From the UHGV virus genome UHGV-1793583: a stretch of 21,101 nucleotides of DNA, one strand, 5' to 3'. The notes below the pieces were generated by a model. The model saw nothing but the letters and a program-made list of their open reading frames with translations. It was not told the DNA's origin and made no database searches. This stretch comes from a virus. Below, one piece after another: positions 6,312 through 15,374 of this stretch (position 1 is the stretch's first letter; each line of letters begins with the position of its first letter). The position numbers and the translations under genes are program-made.

Positions 6312-6503
6312 ATGAAAGAGCTATTCGACTTTCTGGAAACGGTAACATACTGCGCAACATTAATTGCGTGTTTATATATTCTGTGCAAATGGTTTTTGAG
6401 AGGTGAAATATGGCCCGCACTAAAAAGGCAAAAGCTGACGATAAAAAGCCAGCAGCTAAAAAGGTTGGCCGTCCGCATGGTTATACCGAAGAAAAGGCAT
6501 TAG
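6312..6503 (+). CDS. possible ninth membrane micropeptide (MKELFDFLETVTYCATLIACLYILCKWFL...); 3' part overlaps terS
   Basis: Same N-terminal pattern as the array members; frame runs 94 nt into terS, so true extent uncertain. Confidence 0.25.
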   Translation: MKELFDFLETVTYCATLIACLYILCKWFLRGEIWPALKRQKLTIKSQQLKRLAVRMVIPKKRH

Positions 6504-6895
6504 AGATCTGTGAGCTGGTGGCGGACGGTCAAAGTATTAACAGGATTTCGAAGATGCCTGATATGCCTGCGCGTTCAACAATCCTTAAATGGTTCAAAGA
6601 CGTGCCAGAGTTCTCGGACATGTACATACGCGCGAAAGAGATCGGTTTTGAGGTATTGGCTGATGAGATTATCGACATAGCTGACGCAGCGGAGAACACC
6701 GATAAAGACCAATGCCGCCGCCATCAATTGATGATTGAAACCCGTAAATGGCTATTGGCAAAACTGCAACCGCGTAAGTATGGCGAACGCGTTACGCAGG
6801 AAATCGTAGGCAACAGGGAAGAAGCACCAGTACAGGTAGAAGTCACAAAAGAAGAGATTGCCCGCATCGTTCAGGAGGTAGAAGATGAGGTGTGA
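6410..6895 (+). CDS. terS: terminase small subunit (161 aa)
   Basis: Strong RBS GAGAGGTGA; basic N-terminus, HTH-like segment, acidic C-terminus; directly precedes and overlaps terL start. Confidence 0.75.
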   Translation: MARTKKAKADDKKPAAKKVGRPHGYTEEKALEICELVADGQSINRISKMPDMPARSTILKWFKDVPEFSDMYIRAKEIGFEVLADEIIDIADAAENTDKDQCRRHQLMIETRKWLLAKLQPRKYGERVTQEIVGNREEAPVQVEVTKEEIARIVQEVEDEV

Positions 6896-6897
6896 TT

Positions 6898-8376
6898 ATG
6901 CTGACAATCAAAGAACGAGTTATTCAGTCCAAATGTGAAAACGATGGCCTGTTTTTCAATCGCTACTTCTATAAGCAAGCGAACGGAACGAAGATGTTAA
7001 TCTCAGGCCATCACTTAGCTATCCGCGACGCACTGCAACGCGTTGTCAATGGTGAGATAACCCGACTCATCATTAACATCCCTCCAGGGTACGGCAAAAC
7101 CATGATCGCAACTATCAACATGATGGCGCGGTCACTCGCAATAAATCCCCGCACACGATTCCTTCATGTCTCCTATTCCAACAACCTGGCGTTACTCAAT
7201 TCCTCGACCGTAAGAAACATGATCTGTACGCCTGAATATCAGGCAATGTGGCCCATGAGGATCCGCAACGATGCAAACTCAAAATCAATGTGGTGGACTG
7301 AATACGGTGGCGGCGTGTATGCAACGTCATCGCTTGGCCAGGTTACAGGGTTCCGCGCGGGGTATATGGAACCAGGATTTAACGGCGCGTTAATCATCGA
7401 CGACCCATTAAAACCCGCTGACGCTTACTCTGACGTGGTGAGAAAGCAGGTTAACACAAACTATAACGACACGCTTGCTTCACGTCTGGCAGTGCAAACA
7501 ACGCCTGTTATCGTCATCATGCAGCGCATCCACTACGATGATTTGTCCGGCTACCTGCTACGCGGTGGGAGCGGTGAAAAGTGGTATCACCTTAACCTGC
7601 CAGTGAAAATCGACAATAGCGTTGACTACCGGGATTTGTACCCTGAAAACGAGTTCGCTATCCCCATTCCTCATAACCTGCCAGATGGCTGGCTATGGCC
7701 TAAAAAGCACAATGACGCCCATGAAGCTGGGCTGAAAGCACACAGACGGTCATTTGAGGCCCAGTACATGCAGCGCCCGCGTAAATTCGACGAAGAGGGT
7801 GCGTTGTGGACAGAGGCGATGATTACCGCCGCGCACCGGATGCAGATAACGCAGGAGAAAATCCGCACTGTGATAGCCATCGACCCGGCGACAACGTCAT
7901 CTGATGAGTCGGACGAAACGGGGATCATGGCGTGTTCCGCCTATGGTGGCGGCAAGAATGCTCAGTATTCTGTTGATGGTGACTACTCGGGCCGCATGTC
8001 ACCTAATGACTGGGCGCAAGCATCAATGAACGCCTACAACATCCATGAAGCTGACGCGATAGTCATCGAAACCAACCAGGGCGGCGAAATGGCAGAGGCC
8101 ACTTTGCGTAATGCCGGATTCAAAGGCCGCATTGTTAAGGTGCACGCAAGTAAAGGTAAGTTCGCCCGTGCTGAACCAATATCGGCACTGTATGCACAAG
8201 GAAGGGTGGCACACACTGGTGAGCTATACACGCTGGAAAATCAAATGATGGAATACGTGCCAGCCACCGCCAAAAAATCCCCTGACCGTATGGATGCGAT
8301 GGTATGGGGTATCACCGAATTAAGCCAGCCACAGGCAATGGGCCTCATGTTACCGAAGCGCCTGCGCGGATTTTAA
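6898..8376 (+). CDS. terL: terminase large subunit (492 aa)
   Basis: Walker A PPGYGKT, Walker B-like LIIDDP, nuclease-type acidic residues (VIAIDPA, DETGIMA); GAGGTG RBS 5 nt before ATG 6898. Confidence 0.9.
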   Translation: MLTIKERVIQSKCENDGLFFNRYFYKQANGTKMLISGHHLAIRDALQRVVNGEITRLIINIPPGYGKTMIATINMMARSLAINPRTRFLHVSYSNNLALLNSSTVRNMICTPEYQAMWPMRIRNDANSKSMWWTEYGGGVYATSSLGQVTGFRAGYMEPGFNGALIIDDPLKPADAYSDVVRKQVNTNYNDTLASRLAVQTTPVIVIMQRIHYDDLSGYLLRGGSGEKWYHLNLPVKIDNSVDYRDLYPENEFAIPIPHNLPDGWLWPKKHNDAHEAGLKAHRRSFEAQYMQRPRKFDEEGALWTEAMITAAHRMQITQEKIRTVIAIDPATTSSDESDETGIMACSAYGGGKNAQYSVDGDYSGRMSPNDWAQASMNAYNIHEADAIVIETNQGGEMAEATLRNAGFKGRIVKVHASKGKFARAEPISALYAQGRVAHTGELYTLENQMMEYVPATAKKSPDRMDAMVWGITELSQPQAMGLMLPKRLRGF

Positions 8377-8409
8377 AATCTGACTCACAATCCCCCACAA
8401 GTTTTTCTA

Positions 8410-8439
8410 TTTTTCGCGTAGCAACGCGTAAACATGTAT
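8410..8439. promoter_or_regulatory. conserved 30-nt leader element TTTTTCGCGTAGCAACGCGTAAACATGTAT (copy A)
   Basis: 27 of 30 identical to copy at 20512-20541; both lie 15-30 nt upstream of an SD; CGCG-hexaloop-CGCG hairpin potential. Confidence 0.45.
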
Positions 8440-8454
8440 TCAGGAGTAAACATT

Positions 8455-9825
8455 ATGCCATCCAATTTAGAATTGGCGGTTAATGCTGCCTTGTCACAAC
8501 GTAAGGCGGCCTATGCCCGCTATGCAGCCGCCAACCCATTCACTATGGGGATAGATGCCAAACGCGATACTGCGTGGAGTGAATACGGATTCAAAGAAGA
8601 GATCACGTATGACGACCTGTACAAACTGTACAGACGCGGTGGTATCGCTCACGGTGCTGTGGAAAAGATTGTTACTACTTGCTGGCGCACCAAGCCAAAG
8701 ATGATCGAAGGAACTGAAGACGGGAAAGCGAAAAAGGAAACACCGTGGGAAAGAGAAATCAAGAAGAAATTTAACAACAGATTTTGGCGCACTGTTGCTG
8801 AATGTGATCGCCGCCGCCTCATTGGTCGTTATGCTGGCCTGTTGATTCATGTCAGAGATAACCAGCCGTGGGATCAGCCAGTGACAAAAGGCGTAGGCAT
8901 TGCCAAATTTACCCCGGTATGGGCTGGCGCTCTTACACCGAAGGACTTCGAAGAAAACCCGGATAATGAAAACTATGGCCTGCCAACGTGGTGGGAATAC
9001 AAAGAACGCATTAACAGTAAGACCATTGCTAGAAAGATCCACCCTGACCGCATATTCATCTTTGGCGACTATTCTGATGATGTCATCGCTTTCCTTGAAC
9101 CGTCCTATAACGCCTTTGTGTCACTTGAGAAGGTGGAAGGGGGTAGCGGTGAATCATTCCTGAAAAACGCCGCCCGCCAGCTTGCTATCTCGTTCGATAA
9201 AGAGATTGACTTCCGTTCCCTTGCTGCAACATACGATTGCGACGTTACAGAGTTACGCGAAAGATTTAATGAGGCTACTGCTGAAATGAATAAGGGTAAT
9301 GACGTAATGATGGCGTTACAGGGTGCAACAGTAAGCCCGCTGGTTACTGCTGTATCTGACCCGTCATCAACCTATGACGTAAACCTGCAAACCGCCGCCG
9401 CTGGTGTTGATATTCCAACCCGCATCCTGGTTGGGAACCAGCAGGGAGAACGCGCATCAACCGAAGACCTGCGTTACTTCAACAGCCGCTGCATGACCCG
9501 CAGGGAGGAAATCGGTGGCGAGATTGAAGATCTGTTCCGCAAGATGGCAGATCTACGCCTTATCAGTATGCCAGTAGACGTATCAGTGCTATGGGACGAC
9601 CTTAACGCCATGACCAAAGCGGAGCTACTGGAAGCCGCAGACAAGATGGCGCAAATCAATCAGGCTTGTTTGGCTACTGGTGAAGAAATATTTAGCGGTG
9701 ACGAGATCCGCGAGGCTGCCGGATACGATGGCCCAGCCAGTGTAGTAGAAACGGAAGAGGAAGACGATGATGAAGGTGAAGAAGATAATCAGGCGAATAC
9801 CTCCAGCCGCGATAATGCCATCTAA
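8455..9825 (+). CDS. portal protein (456 aa)
   Basis: Immediately after terL; size and acidic C-terminus typical of portals; ATG 8455 with GGAG 8 nt upstream preferred over track start 8434. Confidence 0.7.
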   Translation: MPSNLELAVNAALSQRKAAYARYAAANPFTMGIDAKRDTAWSEYGFKEEITYDDLYKLYRRGGIAHGAVEKIVTTCWRTKPKMIEGTEDGKAKKETPWEREIKKKFNNRFWRTVAECDRRRLIGRYAGLLIHVRDNQPWDQPVTKGVGIAKFTPVWAGALTPKDFEENPDNENYGLPTWWEYKERINSKTIARKIHPDRIFIFGDYSDDVIAFLEPSYNAFVSLEKVEGGSGESFLKNAARQLAISFDKEIDFRSLAATYDCDVTELRERFNEATAEMNKGNDVMMALQGATVSPLVTAVSDPSSTYDVNLQTAAAGVDIPTRILVGNQQGERASTEDLRYFNSRCMTRREEIGGEIEDLFRKMADLRLISMPVDVSVLWDDLNAMTKAELLEAADKMAQINQACLATGEEIFSGDEIREAAGYDGPASVVETEEEDDDEGEEDNQANTSSRDNAI

Positions 9826-10711
9826 CACCGAAGACCCGACCATGACAGGGAAGTTACGGTCGGGAGCTATCAAGCGTTTTAAAGCCTGCCTGAAGAAAGT
9901 TGCGGATCCGTATATTGCCATACTGGACAGAATACAATATACCCTGGCTGTTAATAAGAAATACACCTTTCAGATCTACATTGACGAATTGCATGATTTG
10001 CTGGAAGACGCCAGCGACATGATTGATGAAATATTCGAGTTAACAGACCCGGAAAACTTCTGGTTCTGGCAGAATTACGTGAAAGTGGCATATCAGCGCG
10101 GCACTTCTCAGGAATATGCCAACCTCGCTAACCAGTCAGTCACATATTCCAGAGCTTACCCTGAAGTGTCAGCGGTATTAACCAGTCAGACATATCGCAC
10201 GCGCCTTGCCCTGGTGCGTACCCGTGTATTTGAAGAGATGCGCGGGCTGACCGCACAGATCAAGAAGGATATGGCCCGCCGATTAACCGAAGGCATGGCC
10301 CGTGGCTTAAACCCACTCGAAATAGCGCGCACATTGCAGCAGGAAACGCAATTGCCGCTATACAGGTGCAAACGTATTGCCCGTACTGAAATATGCACAG
10401 CGTTGCGCACAGCGCGTATGGATGAGGCAGAGGCCGCATCGGATGAGCTTAATTTGCGCACTATGCAGATGCACATTTCGGCATTGTCACCGACTACCAG
10501 GTTATCACACGCGCAGCGGCACGGAAAAACGTACACCATAGACGAGCAGCGCGAATGGTGGAGTAAATCCCCCAATTCAATTAACTGCAAATGTAGCACA
10601 ATTACCGTGCTGGTGGATGAATCTGGTAACATATTAAACAAAAGAATCCTTGAGCGAGCGCAAGAAAATTACAAAGTTGCGCACGCTAAATATGGCGAAG
10701 ATTGGGAGTAA
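9767..10711 (+). CDS. head morphogenesis protein, Mu F-like / SPP1 gp7-like (314 aa)
   Basis: Follows portal; contains RIARTE motif (CKRIARTEICTALRTARMDEAEA) recalled as typical of Mu F-like proteins; start overlaps portal 3' end by 59 nt, uncertain. Confidence 0.7.
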   Translation: MMKVKKIIRRIPPAAIMPSNTEDPTMTGKLRSGAIKRFKACLKKVADPYIAILDRIQYTLAVNKKYTFQIYIDELHDLLEDASDMIDEIFELTDPENFWFWQNYVKVAYQRGTSQEYANLANQSVTYSRAYPEVSAVLTSQTYRTRLALVRTRVFEEMRGLTAQIKKDMARRLTEGMARGLNPLEIARTLQQETQLPLYRCKRIARTEICTALRTARMDEAEAASDELNLRTMQMHISALSPTTRLSHAQRHGKTYTIDEQREWWSKSPNSINCKCSTITVLVDESGNILNKRILERAQENYKVAHAKYGEDWE

Positions 10712-10716
10712 AAACC

Positions 10717-11985
10717 GTGAATAAAGAACTGATTCAGGTTAATACCAAATTAACCGCTAATACCATCCGCAGGGAAACATATAACGGGCGAGAACACATC
10801 GTGGTCCCGTCTTATACGTTGCCCTTCAATATCGTTATGAATCGGGAATATTACCCGGAAGCCGAAATCATTGCTAATTATCAATCTCTGGAAGGTACGC
10901 TTGCACCGCTGGGCCATCCTACGGTTAACGGTGAATTTGTTTCCGCATTTAGCCCTGAAGGTCTGAATATTGGCTTTTGTGGCGCATGGAACAGGAATGT
11001 TGAATTACGCGGCAACCGTGTTTATGTGGAAAAATGGGTGGATGTTGAAACAGCCAGCCATTCAGAACAGGGGCGCGAATTATTAAGCCGACTCGAAGCA
11101 CTGGAAAAAGGCGAAAGCAAAGATCCGATCTGGTCATCTGTTGCCGTATATCGCCAGCGTATGCCAGCCACCGAAGAGATGAAAGCGCAGGGCGCTGACA
11201 GCGTTGTCAAAATCATGTCAATTGACCATGACGCCATCTTACTACATGAACCGCCAGCCGCATCGCCAGAACAGGGCGTTGGCCTGATGGTTAACACTGA
11301 CCAGGCTAAGCCGTTAATGGCGGTGGCAATGAAAGAAAATAGCTATCGCACGCTTGAAAAACAATTGGAAGAAGCTGCGCGTAAACTGTTCCCAGATGCA
11401 GATTATGTCTATGTCGTGGACTTCACTGATAAAGAAGTGACCATTGCCACTAATGCCGAAAGTGCTCAAGTTTGCACGTATGAAAAACAGGCTGATAAAA
11501 TAATTCTCAATAATGGCGAGCTTGCAACCAATGAGGAAAGTAAATCATGGTTCGCTCAGTTCGCTGAACACCTATCCAGTCTTTTCTCACTAAGTGAAAA
11601 AATTAAGGCCAATAAATCGGAGGACGATCCCATGCCTTTGACCAAAGAAGAACGCGCCGAACTGGTAAAAGAAATTAACGAAAGTATTACCGCTAATATG
11701 GCTAATGCAATCGCTGAAGCACTTAAACCAGTACAAGCAAGCGTTGAAGAATTACAGACCAATCAGAAAGCGATTAAAGAAGAGATCGCAGCAAACGCAA
11801 ATAAAGAAGAAGCAGAAAAACGCGCCGCAGTAGCAAAAGTACACGGCGAAATTGTTGCTAACGCATTAAGTGGTGAAGCGTTAGAAGCAATGTTTAAATC
11901 CCTGGGCAAAGCCGCACCGATGGCAACCAACGCAGCAAGCGAAGGTAAAAAAGGCGAAGTCCCGGACTTTAACACCTATTTTTAA
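10717..11985 (+). CDS. putative scaffolding protein (422 aa)
   Basis: Sits between head morphogenesis and capsid genes; C-terminal third is Ala/Glu/Lys-rich helical repeat; GTG 10717 chosen 8 nt after GGGAG. Confidence 0.55.
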   Translation: MNKELIQVNTKLTANTIRRETYNGREHIVVPSYTLPFNIVMNREYYPEAEIIANYQSLEGTLAPLGHPTVNGEFVSAFSPEGLNIGFCGAWNRNVELRGNRVYVEKWVDVETASHSEQGRELLSRLEALEKGESKDPIWSSVAVYRQRMPATEEMKAQGADSVVKIMSIDHDAILLHEPPAASPEQGVGLMVNTDQAKPLMAVAMKENSYRTLEKQLEEAARKLFPDADYVYVVDFTDKEVTIATNAESAQVCTYEKQADKIILNNGELATNEESKSWFAQFAEHLSSLFSLSEKIKANKSEDDPMPLTKEERAELVKEINESITANMANAIAEALKPVQASVEELQTNQKAIKEEIAANANKEEAEKRAAVAKVHGEIVANALSGEALEAMFKSLGKAAPMATNAASEGKKGEVPDFNTYF

Positions 11986-12001
11986 TTAAAAGGGGATCAC
12001 A

Positions 12002-12430
12002 ATGTTTCGTTTTCGTCGTGTAAATATTGATGGTAAGTCCATCACCGAAACCCGCCTCGCTGGTGCTGAACTGAAACCGGGTGAACTGGTTAAACTGGCT
12101 AGTGGTAAATTTGCTAAAGCCGCCCCAGCCGATGTAGGCGCAACTCAACTGTTTGTCGTTAACCCGGCATTCCATGAAGGTAAAACCATTGCTGATGCAA
12201 TCGCAGCTAATGCTACGGTTGTCGCTGATTATGTAGAGCAGGGCCGTGAATTTGCTCTTCGTGTTCCCGCTGGCACTTACACTAAAGGCGCGGCTATCGC
12301 TCTTTCTGCTACTGGCGTCAAGCTGTTTACAGCGCCGAGTGATGAGGGTACTGCGGACCCAATCATCGCATACTGCCAGGAAGACGTAACCCTGGAAGCA
12401 GAAGACTTCATTCGCGTTCGCGTAGCTTAA
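12002..12430 (+). CDS. capsid-associated protein, possibly head decoration (142 aa)
   Basis: Strong RBS AAAAGGGGA; position between scaffold and major capsid; function by position only. Confidence 0.45.
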   Translation: MFRFRRVNIDGKSITETRLAGAELKPGELVKLASGKFAKAAPADVGATQLFVVNPAFHEGKTIADAIAANATVVADYVEQGREFALRVPAGTYTKGAAIALSATGVKLFTAPSDEGTADPIIAYCQEDVTLEAEDFIRVRVA

Positions 12431-12447
12431 TTTAAAAGGGGAAAAAC

Positions 12448-13500
12448 ATGTACTTTACTAAAGAAAACCTTGCTACCAACGCCCGTATGCAGGGCCATTG
12501 GAAAGAACTGTGGGCGCAACGCAACATCTTCAACGATCAGCATGACGCCATGATTGCAGCAAACAAAGCAAACATGACCGCTGAAATGATTGCCTGTAAC
12601 GCTGTTGGTGGCTTCGCAAAAGAGTTCTGGAAAGAAATTGATAACCAGATCATCGAACTGAACACCGAAGAAATCGGTATTGAAATCGTCAACGACCTGA
12701 TGGGTGTGCAAACCGTACTGCCTATCGGTAAAACGCTGAAAATGTACAGCGTATCCGGTGACATCAACGATGAAGTCGTAATGTCTATGGATGGTCAAGC
12801 GCCGCACGGCTATGATCACACCGAATACGGCAGCGATGGCGACCCGATCCCGATGTTCGCAGCGGGTTACGGTGTTAACTGGCGTTTAGCCCAGGGCTTA
12901 AATACTGTAGGCATCGACCTTGCCCTGGATAGCCAGCGCCTGAAACTGAAAAAATTCAACAAAGCACGCGTTAAATTCTACCTTGAAGGTAACGAAAACA
13001 TCGTGGTTGATGGTCATAAAGCTATGGGTATTAAAAAACATAAAAACACCCAGCAACTGACCTTGACTACTGACCTTACCACTGCAAAATTTGACGCACT
13101 GATCGACTTCTTCACCGTTGGTGAATTTGGTGTTCTGGCCCGCAATAACTTCGTTGCAAAATATGATGTGATGTGGGTATCACCTGAAATCATGGCTAAC
13201 CTGGCACGTCCGCACATCGTTAACGGTGCTGTCGTTGGTAGCGTACTCAACACGGTTATGCCGTTCGCCCCTGTTGGTGAAATCCGTCAGACCTTTGCGC
13301 TGAAAGGCAACGAAATCATTGCTTATCAGCGCCGCCGTGACGTCATCACCCCGCTGATCGGTATGACTACTGGTGTAGTTCCTGTTCCTCGCTTTATGCC
13401 GACTGATAACTATAACTTCAAAATCATGTCAGCAGAAGGTTTACAAATCACCTGCGACATGCTGGGCCGTTCCGGTGTAGTTTACGGCAAAAAATCTTAA
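12448..13500 (+). CDS. major capsid protein (350 aa)
   Basis: Strong RBS AAAAGGGGA; size and position typical; followed directly by strong intrinsic terminator. Confidence 0.7.
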   Translation: MYFTKENLATNARMQGHWKELWAQRNIFNDQHDAMIAANKANMTAEMIACNAVGGFAKEFWKEIDNQIIELNTEEIGIEIVNDLMGVQTVLPIGKTLKMYSVSGDINDEVVMSMDGQAPHGYDHTEYGSDGDPIPMFAAGYGVNWRLAQGLNTVGIDLALDSQRLKLKKFNKARVKFYLEGNENIVVDGHKAMGIKKHKNTQQLTLTTDLTTAKFDALIDFFTVGEFGVLARNNFVAKYDVMWVSPEIMANLARPHIVNGAVVGSVLNTVMPFAPVGEIRQTFALKGNEIIAYQRRRDVITPLIGMTTGVVPVPRFMPTDNYNFKIMSAEGLQITCDMLGRSGVVYGKKS

Positions 13501-13520
13501 TTATAACGTTTCCTGTAACT

Positions 13521-13548
13521 CCCCGGCGCGATGCCGGGGATTTTTTTT
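13521..13548 (+). terminator. intrinsic terminator after major capsid gene (CCCCGGC-loop-GCCGGGG + T8)
   Basis: 7-bp GC stem, 5-nt loop, ATTTTTTTT tail. Confidence 0.75.
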
Positions 13549-13566
13549 GTATGTGGAGCAAACAAA

Positions 13567-13953
13567 ATGGTCACTACAGAACAGGCACGGGAATATCTTG
13601 AAAGCCAGGGTATTGACCTGCCAGACATTATCTTATCCTTGCTGGTGGAGCAGGCAAATAGCGTTAATGAATGCCTTGATGCCAACTATCCGGCCTCCAC
13701 TGCAACATTAATCCAACTTTATCTGATTGGCCTGTTAGGACTCACTCAGGCTAACAAGTACGTTTCCTCGCAAACTGGTCCGAACGGTGCAGGCCAGTCA
13801 TACCGCTATGTCGATTTTAATAAAAAATGGAAGGCAGCCTACTCGTTGCTTTACTCCCTTGATAAACATCACTGTACAGCCGAACTGATTCCACCAGATC
13901 CAGAAAACACCGCGCACGCAGGATTGTGGATAGGTAAAAGCGGGAGGATGTAA
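13567..13953 (+). CDS. putative head-tail connector/adaptor protein (128 aa)
   Basis: ATG 13567 with GGAG 8 nt upstream (track start 13531 lies inside the terminator); first gene after capsid. Confidence 0.45.
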   Translation: MVTTEQAREYLESQGIDLPDIILSLLVEQANSVNECLDANYPASTATLIQLYLIGLLGLTQANKYVSSQTGPNGAGQSYRYVDFNKKWKAAYSLLYSLDKHHCTAELIPPDPENTAHAGLWIGKSGRM

Positions 13954-13955
13954 CA

Positions 13956-14141
13956 ATGTGGAACGACCTGACATTACCGGATCCGCTATTGCCGAAACTG
14001 TTTACCCGCGTGTGGGTGAAAACTGACACCGGGCGACAGGTGGCGGCCTACCTCAATGATGCTGGTGAATGGGTAATTCTTTGCCCGCGCGTGGCGAAAA
14101 CCCATCCGAAAATCGTTAAATGGAGCTATGGCTATGAGTAA
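13956..14141 (+). CDS. hypothetical small structural-module protein (61 aa)
   Basis: GGGAGGA RBS; tightly coupled to neighbours. Confidence 0.45.
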   Translation: MWNDLTLPDPLLPKLFTRVWVKTDTGRQVAAYLNDAGEWVILCPRVAKTHPKIVKWSYGYE

Positions 14142-14502
14142 GATCGCGAGATTCAGTTACAAGGCATTAGCCACCATTTACCCCGTGACGCGTGACGACT
14201 GGATAAACTCCGATGTATACGGAACGCCATACCTGATTGATTGTGCATGGGAACGCACTGACGGAACAGCAACAGACGCAAACGGGAATGAGGTTAGCAA
14301 CACGATAACCGTATATACCGAACTGCTTTACAAGATGCAGCCAGTTCAGCGCCCTGAAAAAGGGTGGATGATTGCCACTGGCGACACTACCGCTATCGCT
14401 GACCCGCTGGCGGCTGGGGCCAACTTTATAACCGGGATCGTTGAATGGGACATGAGTATGTTTAACGACACTCCGGATTATAAGATCGTCACAGGAGGTT
14501 AA
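14128..14502 (+). CDS. hypothetical head-tail joining protein (124 aa)
   Basis: ORF in head-to-tail region; start 14128 or 14134. Confidence 0.45.
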   Translation: MAMSKIARFSYKALATIYPVTRDDWINSDVYGTPYLIDCAWERTDGTATDANGNEVSNTITVYTELLYKMQPVQRPEKGWMIATGDTTAIADPLAAGANFITGIVEWDMSMFNDTPDYKIVTGG

Positions 14503-14504
14503 TC

Positions 14505-14978
14505 ATGCCACTGAAAGGCGTCAGGCGTGTCCGTATGAAAATGACGGAAGAGATCAGGAATATAGCAGACAAAAAGACTTACGAAGTGTTGTGGATAGTT
14601 GGCAACGTTGCATCCGGCCTTGCATCTGGAATGACGCCAGTTGATACGGGTTTTTTAATTAACAGCATGTATCAGACAGTTGAGAAAAACGGTAACGGTC
14701 TTTGTCTAAGGGTTGGATATACCGCCCGCTATGCTGAATGGGTGCATGACATGCCAGGGACATTAATGGGGCAGCCTCGCGAGCATTTCGGTAAAACCAA
14801 TAACCTTTCAGATTTTGGCCCAAAACAGGTAGTTGAGTTCGGCGGCGGTACTGGGAAGGGTTATTATTGGGATCCGAACGCGGAACCGGAATTTTTGCGC
14901 AAGGCGTTCGAGGAACCAGATAATTTTAATGAGATCTGGAACACGATTAAACTTGGTTACTGGACGAAACAATCATGA
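14505..14978 (+). CDS. putative head-tail joining / tail completion protein (157 aa)
   Basis: Position upstream of tail tube gene; AGGAGG-like RBS (cacaggaggttaatcATG). Confidence 0.45.
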   Translation: MPLKGVRRVRMKMTEEIRNIADKKTYEVLWIVGNVASGLASGMTPVDTGFLINSMYQTVEKNGNGLCLRVGYTARYAEWVHDMPGTLMGQPREHFGKTNNLSDFGPKQVVEFGGGTGKGYYWDPNAEPEFLRKAFEEPDNFNEIWNTIKLGYWTKQS

Positions 14979-15361
14979 AACGCAGCGAAGTATACGACGA
15001 AATAAGGGATTGGATTAAATCCCACGGGTACGACGAAGGTTGTATTTTGCAGGCCCGTTTCTGGAATGAGCGATCCAATTCTAATAACGACCGATATATT
15101 GTTATCCAGCAAAATGGCGGGGCGGCTGGTGAAGAAGCAGTAACCCGTGACTACTTCCGCATCCTGGTTATTTCAGCGCGCAATGATGCAAATATCAGTG
15201 AAGTGGAAGATCTCGCCGACGCAATACGTCAAAGTATGATAACAGAATACAAAACTGATAAAATTACACACATGAAGCCAGTTGGCGCTATTCCTGCAAT
15301 GCAGACAAGAGAAGGGCGCTTTATTTTTACCGTAGCTTTTCAAACCATCATATCTAGATAA
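14975..15361 (+). CDS. putative tail terminator/completion protein (128 aa)
   Basis: ATGA overlap with previous gene; immediately precedes tail tube gene. Confidence 0.45.
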   Translation: MKRSEVYDEIRDWIKSHGYDEGCILQARFWNERSNSNNDRYIVIQQNGGAAGEEAVTRDYFRILVISARNDANISEVEDLADAIRQSMITEYKTDKITHMKPVGAIPAMQTREGRFIFTVAFQTIISR

Positions 15362-15374
15362 GAGGTAACTAAAC

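Noticed and set aside
8434-8454. Track start ATG 8434 for the portal gene
   Set aside because: No SD upstream and it lies inside the conserved leader element; ATG 8455 has GGAG at ideal spacing.
8494-9042. 182-aa minus-strand ORF inside the portal gene; likewise 7671..7928, 8023..8231, 10186..10641, 11022..11297, 11556..11975, 12427..12819, 13014..13253 on the minus strand
   Set aside because: All are antisense shadows of strongly supported plus-strand structural genes, with no start-site signals.
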